The notes below the pieces were generated by a model. It did not search any database and was not told where the DNA came from. It worked only from the letters and a program-made list of their open reading frames with translations. Positions 9,156 through 18,100 of a DNA stretch of 64,000 nucleotides are shown here, piece by piece. Position 1 is the stretch's first letter. Each line of letters starts with the position of its first letter. Made by a program: the position numbers and the translations under genes. Origin of the DNA: Minisyncoccota bacterium (GTDB taxonomy: Bacteria > Patescibacteriota > Minisyncoccia > Phycocordibacterales > UBA9973); assembly GCA_041667145.1 (NCBI GenBank), contig JBAYFP010000001.1, positions 121,056-185,055 of the forward strand, in the 5' to 3' direction.

Positions 9156-10679
9156 ATGTTTTCTTCTTATTCATCAAAAAAAGATTATAAAATTTTCTGT
9201 AGAGAATGTTGGCTTTCAGATAATTTAGATCCTCTTTTATATGGACAAGACTATGATTTTTCCAAACCATTTTTTGAACAATTTAAAGAACTTTCAGAAA
9301 AAATACCCCATCTAAATCTTTTTCAGATTAATACAAAAAATTCTGATTATGCCAATGCAGTTAGAGATAGTAAAAATATCTATCTTTCATATTCTGTAGT
9401 AGATGGAGAAGACGTTTTTTATTCTAAAGACATTGATCGTTCTAGGCAAATTTATGATAGTATCACGACGACTGATTCTGAGAAATCAGCTTTTCTTGTT
9501 TATTGTGTAAATGATTACAATGTTATCTATTCAGTAATGACTATGGATTGTTTTGATTCTTCTTTTCTTTTTGATTGCCGAAATTGTTCTAATTGTTTTA
9601 TGTCTACTAATTTAAGGAACCAGCAATACGTATATAAGAATCATAAGTATAGCAAAGAAGAATATTTTTCTATAATTAATCAGATTGATACAGGTAGTCA
9701 CGAGGAGTTTAAAAAATTGGTGACAGAGTTTGAAGAAATGAAATGTAAGGCTATTCATAAGTATTCTCATGTTGGTAAATCCGTTATCAATTCTACGGGG
9801 GATGCTATAAGTAATACTAGAAATTCAAAAGAATGCTTTAACGCATATAACACAGAAAATGTGAAATGGGTTTATAGAGGTTTTGATTTAAAAGATTCCT
9901 ATGATTGCAATCATGGTGGGCTTATGTCTGAGCTAGTATATGAATTTATATCTGGAGGGAAAGAAGAATATAAGACATATTTTACTGCTTCTGCTATGAA
10001 TCCATTACGGGACACTTATTATACTGCTTGGTCTACAGGTTCAAAATTATTTGGTTGTTTTGGTATTAAAGGTGATAGTTATTGTATCTTAAATAAAAAA
10101 TATACCAAAGAAGAATATGAAGAATTAATACCAAAAGTAATTAAACATATGAATGATATGCCTTATGTGAATGATAAGGGAAGAGTGTATAGATTTGGTG
10201 AGTTCTTTCCTTTTGAACTTTCTCCTTATGCATACAATGAATCTGTCGCTCAAGAATTTTTTCCGTTATCATCTGAAGAGATAGTAAATAAAGGTTATAC
10301 ATATTATGAAAATGAAAAGAATAAATATGAAATTACTAAAAAGCCTGAAGACTTGCCAGATAATATATCTGAAGTTAATGAAGATATATTAAAAGAAGTC
10401 ATTGAATGTGAACATAAAGGAGAATGTTTGCATCAATGTACTACTGCTTTTAAAATACACCCTGAAGAGTTTTCTTTTTATCGTAATCACAAACTCCCAA
10501 TTCCACATTTATGTCCCAATTGTCGTTTTTATGAAAGATTAAAATATCGTAACCCTTGGAAACTTTGGCATAGAAAATGCATGAAGGAAGGGTGTACTAA
10601 TGAATTTGAGACTCCTTATGCTCCAGATAGACCTGAAACAATCTATTGTGAACGTTGTTATCAGCGTGAAGTATACTAG
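9156..10679 (+). CDS. Cys-rich multi-zinc-ribbon protein of unknown function (paralog of 62517..64000). Likely true start at 8964, with an in-frame TGA at 9102-9104.
   Basis: ORF-track ORF of 507 aa. Many CxxC pairs. C-terminal block HKGECLHQCT...LPIPHLCPNCRFYERLKYRNPWKLWHRKC...PDRPETIYCERCYQREV is shared with the gene at the other end of the window. Confidence 0.7.
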   Translation: MFSSYSSKKDYKIFCRECWLSDNLDPLLYGQDYDFSKPFFEQFKELSEKIPHLNLFQINTKNSDYANAVRDSKNIYLSYSVVDGEDVFYSKDIDRSRQIYDSITTTDSEKSAFLVYCVNDYNVIYSVMTMDCFDSSFLFDCRNCSNCFMSTNLRNQQYVYKNHKYSKEEYFSIINQIDTGSHEEFKKLVTEFEEMKCKAIHKYSHVGKSVINSTGDAISNTRNSKECFNAYNTENVKWVYRGFDLKDSYDCNHGGLMSELVYEFISGGKEEYKTYFTASAMNPLRDTYYTAWSTGSKLFGCFGIKGDSYCILNKKYTKEEYEELIPKVIKHMNDMPYVNDKGRVYRFGEFFPFELSPYAYNESVAQEFFPLSSEEIVNKGYTYYENEKNKYEITKKPEDLPDNISEVNEDILKEVIECEHKGECLHQCTTAFKIHPEEFSFYRNHKLPIPHLCPNCRFYERLKYRNPWKLWHRKCMKEGCTNEFETPYAPDRPETIYCERCYQREVY

Positions 10680-10762
10680 AGACGTTGGACATCTGGGAGT
10701 ACCCAGGTGTACAACGTCTGAGTTTCTTGACGTTGTACGTCTTCCTGAGACGTCCAACGTCT
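10679..10762. repeat. Family-C nested palindromic repeat (AGACGTTGGAC...GTCCAACGTCT), abutting the stop codon of the Cys-rich gene
   Basis: 84 bp; outer 11-bp inverted repeat plus inner GTACAACGTCTGAG / GACGTTGTAC palindromes; nearly identical copy in reverse orientation at 49434-49516. Confidence 0.85.
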
Positions 10763-10804
10763 AAATTAATTTTGCAAAGATATTTTATTTTATGCACATA
10801 GTCC

Positions 10805-10832
10805 TTGACTATTGTTTTTTATTTTGTAATAT
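10805..10832 (+). promoter_or_regulatory. Candidate sigma70 promoter for the ddl-alr operon (TTGACT-16nt-TAATAT)
   Basis: Hexamers read from sequence ~25 nt upstream of the ddl start; the AATTTTGCAAAG motif occurs twice (10769 and 10843). Confidence 0.35.
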
Positions 10833-10855
10833 AAGGATATACTAGAAATAATTTT

Positions 10856-13222
10856 TTGCAAAGGTATATGAAAATAGCACTTTTAACTGGTGGACCATCT
10901 TTAGAACGTGGAATATCGCTTAATTCAGCTCGCTCAGTATTAGATCATTTGGAGGATGAAAATATTGAAATTATTCCTATTTATTTCGATTATAAAAAAA
11001 GGGCCTATAAAATATCAAAAGCTCAACTTTATTCTAATAACCCTTCTGATTTTGATTTTAAATTATCTAAAAATTCTTCTGCATTAAGTCAAAAATCTTT
11101 AATAAAATTTCTAAAATCTGTAGATATAGTTTTTCCAGCGATGCATGGTCCTTTTGGTGAGGATGGACAAATCCAGGCATTTTTAGAAAAGAATAATATT
11201 CCATTTATAGGATCAGGAAGTGACACTTGCAAGATGGCCTTCGATAAGTATGAAGCTAACAAAATTCTTAAAAAGGAAGGGTTTTTTACTTTACCTTCCG
11301 CATTATTAAAGATTTACTCTAAGGATAATGCAAAAATAGTAAAAAACTTTTTTAAAACTTACAAAATAAAAAGAGCCATAGTAAAACCTGCTACAGGCGG
11401 ATCTAGCATCGGAGTATTTTCAGTAAATACATGGAAGGAGGCCATGGAGAAGGCTGACATTCTTTTCTCAAAGAGAATGGATACAAGAGTAGTGCTCGAA
11501 CCTTTTGCAAAAGGTAAAGAATTCACGGTCATAATTTTACAAAATAAACTCGATATGCCGGTGGCCTTATTGCCATCTGAGATTGAGATGACATATCACG
11601 ATGGAAGGATTTTTGATTTTCGTAAGAAATATTTGCCTACAAACCAAGTCCAATACCATTGTCCTCCAAGGTTTTCTAAAGAAGTGATAAAGAAGATACA
11701 GATAGAGGCAAAGCAAATTTTTTCTATGTTTAAAATGAATGATTTTGCTCGTTTTGATGGCTGGATTTTAGAAGATGGGAATATTTGGTTTTCAGATTTT
11801 AATACAGTATCAGGAATGGAACAAAATAGCTTTTTATTTCAACAGTCTGCTCAATTTGGTATGAGCCATAGTGATTTTCTAAATTATGTAATAAGAAATT
11901 CATGCGCTAGGCAAGGTATAGCTTTTAATGAAAATTCTAAAAAAGTTCCAAAAAGGAAACCAGTTTCAGTAATTTTTGGTGGGCATACATCTGAAAGACA
12001 AGTTTCATTAATGAGTGGGACAAATGCTTGGCTAAAATTAAAAAAGTCAAAATTATATGAGCCCAAGCCATATTTATTAGATTTTGAAAATAATGTTTGG
12101 GAGTTGCCCTATGCGTTGACGCTAAATCACACGGTAGAAGAGATCTTTGATAATGTTAAAAATGCAAAAGCACGAAGAGAAAAAGTTCTAGATTTGATTC
12201 GATCAATCAAAGACGAACTTATGTTATCACAAAACGAAACTTCTGAAGAATTCTTTATTCCTAAGAAAATGTCATTTGATAAATTCATGGATCAGTCGAA
12301 ATTTGTTTTTTTAGGTCTTCATGGGGGTGATGGAGAGAATGGTAAGATTCAAAAGATGTTGACAGAAAAGGGTATAAAATTTAATGGTTCAGGCGAAGTG
12401 ACTTCGAGTCTTTGTATGGATAAATTTGAAGCTGGGAAATTTATAAGATGTATGAAAATGGATAACATAGGTATCGCTTCACAAAGGATGATTTATTTAA
12501 AAGATATCGATTTAGAAAAAATCGGGGAACTTTGGAAAAATCTTAGTTTAAAACTTGAAACAAAAACGTTGATTGTTAAACCAAAAGATGATGGATGCTC
12601 TACAGGTGTGGCTCATTTATATAGAGAAGAAGATTTAAAAAATTATCTTAAATATACATTGGAAGGTAAGAAATCTATTCCATCTGGAGTCTTAAAGAAT
12701 CAAAATACTATTATTGAAATGCCCCACAAAAGAATCAATGAACTTCTTTTTGAAAAATTTATTGAAACTGATTCAGTAAGTATAAGAGGTAATAAATTAA
12801 AACATTTGAGAAAGACTGGCTGGATTGAAGTCACTATTGGAATTTTGGAAAAAGAAAAAAAAATGTATGCTTTCAATCCTAGTATCACCATAGCTGAAGG
12901 AGAGGTGCTTTCGTTAGAAGAAAAATTTCAAGGAGGCACAGGCATAAATATTACTCCTCCACCTGCTGAAATTGTGAAATCAGTAATATTAAAAAAGGTA
13001 AGAGAAAGAGCAGAACAATTAGCTAAAGAAATCGGTATCAAGGGATACGCTAGAATAGATGCTTTTATGAATATAAATACAGGCGCATTGCTTGTCATTG
13101 AAGTGAATACCTTGCCTGGGCTCACTCCTTCGACAGTTATTTATCATCAAGCATTAGCTGAAAATATGGCTATTTTCCCAAGAGAATTTTTGGAAAAAAT
13201 AATAAAGAACTCTGGATATTAA
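10856..13222 (+). CDS. ddl: tandem-fused D-alanine--D-alanine ligase (two complete ATP-grasp Ddl modules in one 788-aa protein)
   Basis: Each half has Ddl N-terminal (KIALLTGGPSLERGISLNSA / VSVIFGGHTSERQVSLMSG), central (HGPFGEDGQIQAFLE / HGGDGENGKIQKML) and ATP-grasp C-terminal motifs; the next gene is alr. Confidence 0.8.
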   Translation: MQRYMKIALLTGGPSLERGISLNSARSVLDHLEDENIEIIPIYFDYKKRAYKISKAQLYSNNPSDFDFKLSKNSSALSQKSLIKFLKSVDIVFPAMHGPFGEDGQIQAFLEKNNIPFIGSGSDTCKMAFDKYEANKILKKEGFFTLPSALLKIYSKDNAKIVKNFFKTYKIKRAIVKPATGGSSIGVFSVNTWKEAMEKADILFSKRMDTRVVLEPFAKGKEFTVIILQNKLDMPVALLPSEIEMTYHDGRIFDFRKKYLPTNQVQYHCPPRFSKEVIKKIQIEAKQIFSMFKMNDFARFDGWILEDGNIWFSDFNTVSGMEQNSFLFQQSAQFGMSHSDFLNYVIRNSCARQGIAFNENSKKVPKRKPVSVIFGGHTSERQVSLMSGTNAWLKLKKSKLYEPKPYLLDFENNVWELPYALTLNHTVEEIFDNVKNAKARREKVLDLIRSIKDELMLSQNETSEEFFIPKKMSFDKFMDQSKFVFLGLHGGDGENGKIQKMLTEKGIKFNGSGEVTSSLCMDKFEAGKFIRCMKMDNIGIASQRMIYLKDIDLEKIGELWKNLSLKLETKTLIVKPKDDGCSTGVAHLYREEDLKNYLKYTLEGKKSIPSGVLKNQNTIIEMPHKRINELLFEKFIETDSVSIRGNKLKHLRKTGWIEVTIGILEKEKKMYAFNPSITIAEGEVLSLEEKFQGGTGINITPPPAEIVKSVILKKVRERAEQLAKEIGIKGYARIDAFMNINTGALLVIEVNTLPGLTPSTVIYHQALAENMAIFPREFLEKIIKNSGY

Positions 13223-13223
13223 T

Positions 13224-14363
13224 ATGTCTAAAAATCTTCCTCTTTCTTATATAGAAATATCTAAGGACAATTTAATACATAATGTAAAAGTACTTAAGAA
13301 ACTCTCGGGAAGGACCAAGATGATTGGGGTGATTAAGGGTAATGCTTATGGTCATGGGCAAAATGAAGTAGCCAAGATTTTGGAGCCGTATGTTGATTGT
13401 TTTCAAGTCAACAGCATTTCAGAGTTAGAATTATTACGCAAAGTAAGTAAGAAAAAAACATTTGTTTTGGGCTATATTCAGAAAGAAGATTTAGCAGAAG
13501 CCATAAAACTCGGCTGTGTGTTATCTATTTTTTCAATAGAGCAGATGCAGAATGTCTCTATTATGGCAAAGAGTTTAGGTAAAGTGCAAGAAATACATGT
13601 ACCTATAGATGCATATCTGGGTAGGGAAGGCTTTTTACTGAATGAATTACCTAAATTTTTTAGTGAACTTAAAAAATGCAAAAATGTAAGGCTTACAGGC
13701 ATGTATGCACATTTTGCAAATATAGAAGATACAAATAATTTTACACATGCGAAAAAGCAAATTAAAAAATATAATGAAGCAATAAAATTAGCTAAGAAAT
13801 TTGGATTTAATAAATTACAAACTCATATCTCTGCCACATCAGGACTTCTGGTATATGAATCAAAAAATATTAAAAATAAAAATACTTTTGTTCGTTTGGG
13901 TATAGGACTTTATGGATTGTGGCCATCAGAGCATATTAAATATTTATATAAAAGTAAATTTATTTTAAAGCCAGTACTTTCTTTGAAAACAAAAATTACG
14001 CAAGTAAAGATTTTACCCGCAGGTCATACTGTGGGGTATGGTTTGACGTATATGACTTACGAGCCGACGAAGATAGCTGTCATACCACTCGGCTATGCTG
14101 ATGGTTTTGATAGAGATTTTTCGAATAATGGAGAAGTACTAATTGGTGGCACGAGATGTAAAATCTTAGGAAGAATTGCGATGAATATGTTTGTTGTTGA
14201 TGTGAATCATTTAACAGATGTTAAGATCGAAGACGAGGTTGTGATTATCGGATCTCAAGAAGGGGAATGTATCACAGCAGAAGAAATTGCAAAAAAAATT
14301 GATACTATAAATTATGAAGTTGTCACTCGTTTGAGTTCTTTATTACCTAGAGTGATTGTTTAA
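13224..14363 (+). CDS. alr: alanine racemase
   Basis: PLP-lysine motif VIKGNAYGHG, 379 aa, typical C-terminal beta domain. Confidence 0.9.
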   Translation: MSKNLPLSYIEISKDNLIHNVKVLKKLSGRTKMIGVIKGNAYGHGQNEVAKILEPYVDCFQVNSISELELLRKVSKKKTFVLGYIQKEDLAEAIKLGCVLSIFSIEQMQNVSIMAKSLGKVQEIHVPIDAYLGREGFLLNELPKFFSELKKCKNVRLTGMYAHFANIEDTNNFTHAKKQIKKYNEAIKLAKKFGFNKLQTHISATSGLLVYESKNIKNKNTFVRLGIGLYGLWPSEHIKYLYKSKFILKPVLSLKTKITQVKILPAGHTVGYGLTYMTYEPTKIAVIPLGYADGFDRDFSNNGEVLIGGTRCKILGRIAMNMFVVDVNHLTDVKIEDEVVIIGSQEGECITAEEIAKKIDTINYEVVTRLSSLLPRVIV

Positions 14364-14365
14364 AT

Positions 14366-14407
14366 TCACCTCACCCCGACCCTCTCCTTAACAAGGAGAG
14401 GGGGAAT
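14366..14407. repeat. Family-A palindromic repeat (shorter copy), intergenic after alr
   Basis: tcacctcaccccgaccctctccttaacaaggagagggggaatt. Confidence 0.7.
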
Positions 14408-14446
14408 TAGTTTGCTTTCTTTTATCTTTTGTATTAATATATATTT

Positions 14447-14605
14447 ATGTCACAAGAAAGACTTATAAAACTCGCCTGCACTAGTTGTAAGCGTATAAAT
14501 TACTGGTCAAGTAAAAACAAGAAACTCGTCACTAAAAAGATAGAGCTTAAAAAGTACTGTAAATGGTGTAAGAAGCAAGTTAAACATAAAGAGGCCAAAA
14601 AGTAA
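14447..14605 (+). CDS. rpmG: 50S ribosomal protein L33 (52 aa, not in ORF track because <60 aa)
   Basis: Translation MSQERLIKLACTSCKRINYWSSKNKKLVTKKIELKKYCKWCKKQVKHKEAKK: CxxC...CxxC zinc ribbon with the L33 hallmark KLELKKYCxxCxKHxxHKE. Confidence 0.8.
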   Translation: MSQERLIKLACTSCKRINYWSSKNKKLVTKKIELKKYCKWCKKQVKHKEAKK

Positions 14606-14677
14606 TTTCTATTTTTATCCCATTTCTGCTATACTAAAGAACATATATAATATAGATTATTATGTTCTTTGTTTTTA

Positions 14678-14748
14678 GGGCGATTAGTTTAGTGGTAGAA
14701 CAACGGTCTCCAAAACCGTTGGCGGGAGTTCGATTCTCTCATCGCCCG
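14678..14748 (+). tRNA. tRNA-Trp (anticodon CCA)
   Basis: Cloverleaf read by hand: acceptor GGGCGAT/ATCGCCC, anticodon stem ACGGT/ACCGT with loop CTCCAAA, T-loop TTCGATT; CCA is not encoded. Confidence 0.85.
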
Positions 14749-14853
14749 CTACTTAAATTTCATACTATTTTTGTGAACATTAATAAAGTTTGCTATAATT
14801 TATCATGTATTATTTATATTGTTTATTAATGTTTAGTAAGGTATACTAATGTT

Positions 14854-15105
14854 ATGGAAAATAAATTTATTTCAATAAAAGAAGCTGCAGAAATGCTTCA
14901 TGTGTCAAAATTAACTCTACGTAATTGGGATAGAGATGGAAAATTGTTTGCTTTGAGGCATCCTATCAATAATTACAGGGTTTATCACATAGAAGACATA
15001 AATAGAATTATTAAGCAGATTGAGTCTGGAGAAAAACCAACTAGAATGCCTCGAAAGGATAAACGCAAGAAATATATTGTACCGATAATTCATCTCAAAG
15101 ATTAA
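14854..15105 (+). CDS. MerR/excisionase(Xis)-family helix-turn-helix DNA-binding protein
   Basis: ISIKEAAEMLHVSKLTLRNWDRDGKL...YRVYHIEDINRII matches the MerR-type HTH signature; located 100 nt downstream of the tRNA. Confidence 0.6.
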   Translation: MENKFISIKEAAEMLHVSKLTLRNWDRDGKLFALRHPINNYRVYHIEDINRIIKQIESGEKPTRMPRKDKRKKYIVPIIHLKD

Positions 15106-15162
15106 CTAAAAACTATTTTTATAAAACTAAAAAATTATCCACAGTTTTAAGGGTTTTTTCAT

Positions 15163-15190
15163 TGTTTAATAGTGCTCATTTGTTTATAAT
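15163..15190 (+). promoter_or_regulatory. Candidate sigma70 promoter (TTGTTT-16nt-TATAAT) ending 6 nt before the ATG at 15197 (possible leaderless transcript)
   Basis: Read from sequence. Confidence 0.35.
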
Positions 15191-15196
15191 AATAGT

Positions 15197-18100
15197 ATGA
15201 AATTTACTGTTTTTTCTCGTAAAAAAATTCCACACAAAGTTGGAGGCTTTTCTCGTGTTATAAGACTGAAAATTAAATTAAGATTTGAAAAATTAAGAAA
15301 GAAAAAATTTGAAGAATCTATAGTGAGAATAATAAAAGAAAAAATGTTAATGAGAAAAGAAGAAATTAAGAAAATGATTAAAATAATAAAAGAAAACATA
15401 ATGCCGAAAAAAATGATAAACACAAAAAACATTTTAGTTTCTTTTTTTATTTTTTCTTTTTCTTTTTCTTTTTTATATAATCCAAATCAGGTTTTAGCTG
15501 TAGCGCCTACAGTAAATATTACATATAGTTCGAACCCAGTTAAAGCAGGGACACAGAGAATCTCAGTTACATATTCTTCTCAGCCTGCAAGTACTCCTAC
15601 CATTGGTATTAATCAACTAGGAACTACAGATATTCCAAATGGTACAGCTATGGTTCCTCCTTATAGTGATATCAATGCTCCTGGAGTCACTTGGTCAAAT
15701 CCTTTATCATCTAACATAGGATCTGCAGGTGGTTATTGGAATTCTATTGCCTATGGTAATGATATATTTGTAGCTGTTTCGAATTATGGATCAGGTAATA
15801 AAGTAGCAACATCTTCTGATTATGGTGTTACTTGGATTCCTAGGACACCTGCAGAGAGTAACAATTGGGAATCTGTTACTTTTGGCAATGGTATTTTTGT
15901 CGCAGTTTCAAGTAATGGTAATCATAGAGTTATGACCTCAGATAACGGAATTAATTGGTTTCCTCAAAATGTTACGGAAGATTATGACTGGCAATCTGTT
16001 ACTTATGATAATGATCATGGAGTTTTTGTAGCTGTTGCTGATTCTGGTACACATAGAGCAATGACTTCGTCAGATGGTATTATTTGGGAATATAAAACAA
16101 CAGGTTCATATTCTTGGAATTCTGTTGCTTATGGTAACGGAGTTTTTGTAGCTGTTGGTAATCTTGGTAAAATACAAAAATCAACAAACAGCGGTGATAC
16201 ATGGAATGATCCTCAAATAAATAGTAATTCGGCATATTTATATTCTGTTGCTTATGGTAACGGAGTATTTGTTGCAGTCGGGGCTAGTGGTACTATAAGA
16301 ACTTCTTCAGATTTTGGTGATACTTGGCAAGAGCAAACTTCAGGAACTGGTTTAACTATTTCAGATGTGACTTTTGGTAATAATACTTTTGTTGCAGTTA
16401 CTAATTCTAGTGCTAATTTGTTTTTAACTTCACCTGATGGTTTACATTGGACAAGTAGAACAGCTACAGCCGGTGCTACATCTATTGCTTATGGTACTCC
16501 TACTATCAGTGGTGTTGAGACCTCTATGTTTGTAGCAGTTGAGCGTACGAGCTCTCTTGGTACTAATTTAATTACTTCTACAAGTAGAAAATTAAGTTTT
16601 GATGCTGCTCATACATATTATTATGATTATACAGTTTGCGCTGCTGGTAATAGTGGCACTGGTGCTTGCGAGGGTAATTATGTAGATGGTACAGCGACAG
16701 TCACCTTATCAGATGTAAAAGATCTATATGGTGTTTCATATACCCCAAGTGGTACTACATTTACGATTGATACTACCGAAAGTGCTCCCGGTACTCCTGA
16801 TATGACAGCAGGGACAGATACTGGTTCCTCTAGCACAGATAATACTACTTCTGACACGACTCCTGATTTTACTATTTCTTGTGATACTGGAGCTACTGTC
16901 ACTTTATATAAGGATACAACTTCTTCAGTTGGTACGGGAACATGTTCTTCTTCAACGGTTACAATAACTTCATCAACTCTTTCAGCTGGTACTTATGCAA
17001 TGAACGCTAAACAAACTGATGCAGCGGGTAATACTTCGAGTGCATCAGGAAATCTTTCAGTTACGATTGACACAACTGCGCCTAGCGTCAGTACTGTTAC
17101 TTACTCTAGATCTAGTATAAAACAAAATGATACATTAACTATTACAGTTAATTTTAATGAAGCTTTAGCAATTACTAATCCTCCACAAATTGCGATTTCA
17201 GGAGTTAATAATCTTACAGCTACAAATATGACAGAAGGATATGAGACTTGTGATCGTCATCCATGTGCACAAGTGCTGAGTCCTTCAAGGTGGACTTATG
17301 ATTTTTCTATACAGTCAGGAAATGGTTCACCGACTGTTACTATAAGTGCAGGTCAAGATGCAGCAGGAAATATTATGACAAATGCCTCTTCTCCTACTAG
17401 TTTTTCTAGTTTTACAGTAGACAATATTGCTCCAACAAATCAAAATACTGTTTTTCCAACCTCAATTTCAAAAAAGAGTAGCGTGACAGTGACATCACCA
17501 AATATTGTTTCTGCAGGAGAAACAGGTGGTTCAATTTGGTTTGCTCCATCGGGAACAACTACATTTACAGCTGGTGCAACTATGACTACAGCAGGAGGGA
17601 CAGCCACAACTATTTTAGCTCCACTTACTGCAGGATCATATAAATTATTTGTCCGTGATGCAGCCGGAAATACATCTTTAGCCTCGACTGCGATTTTGAC
17701 TGTCGATAATACTGCACCGACTGTTGCCTTATCATATACCTCCGATCCAATTAAGGCGGGGACACAAACTATTACAGCTACATATTCTAAAGCGATTACA
17801 AGTATTCCAAACATTAGAGTTGATCAATATGGGACTGTGCCAGATGATCTTCTTTTTCATCCAATGACCAATAATGATAGTGGAGTTAATAAAGTTTGGA
17901 AATATGATTATACAGTTCATGCAGCTACTGATTCATGTCCACAAGGGGGAACTCCTCCTTGTTATGCAGATGGTACAGCTCAAGTATCTTTATCATCTAC
18001 CACAGATGTAGCGGGAAATACTTCTGGTACTCCTAGTAGTTCTACATTCATAATTGACACCGCAGCACCTACAAATTCTATCAGTGCTCCATCAGTTTCT

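Noticed and set aside
10597-10797. Small ORFs 10539-10757, 10597-10797 and 62474-62677 containing ...LDVGRLRKTYNV...
   Set aside because: They are translations of the family-C repeat itself (the same peptide appears wherever the repeat occurs), so they reflect repeat sequence rather than a gene.
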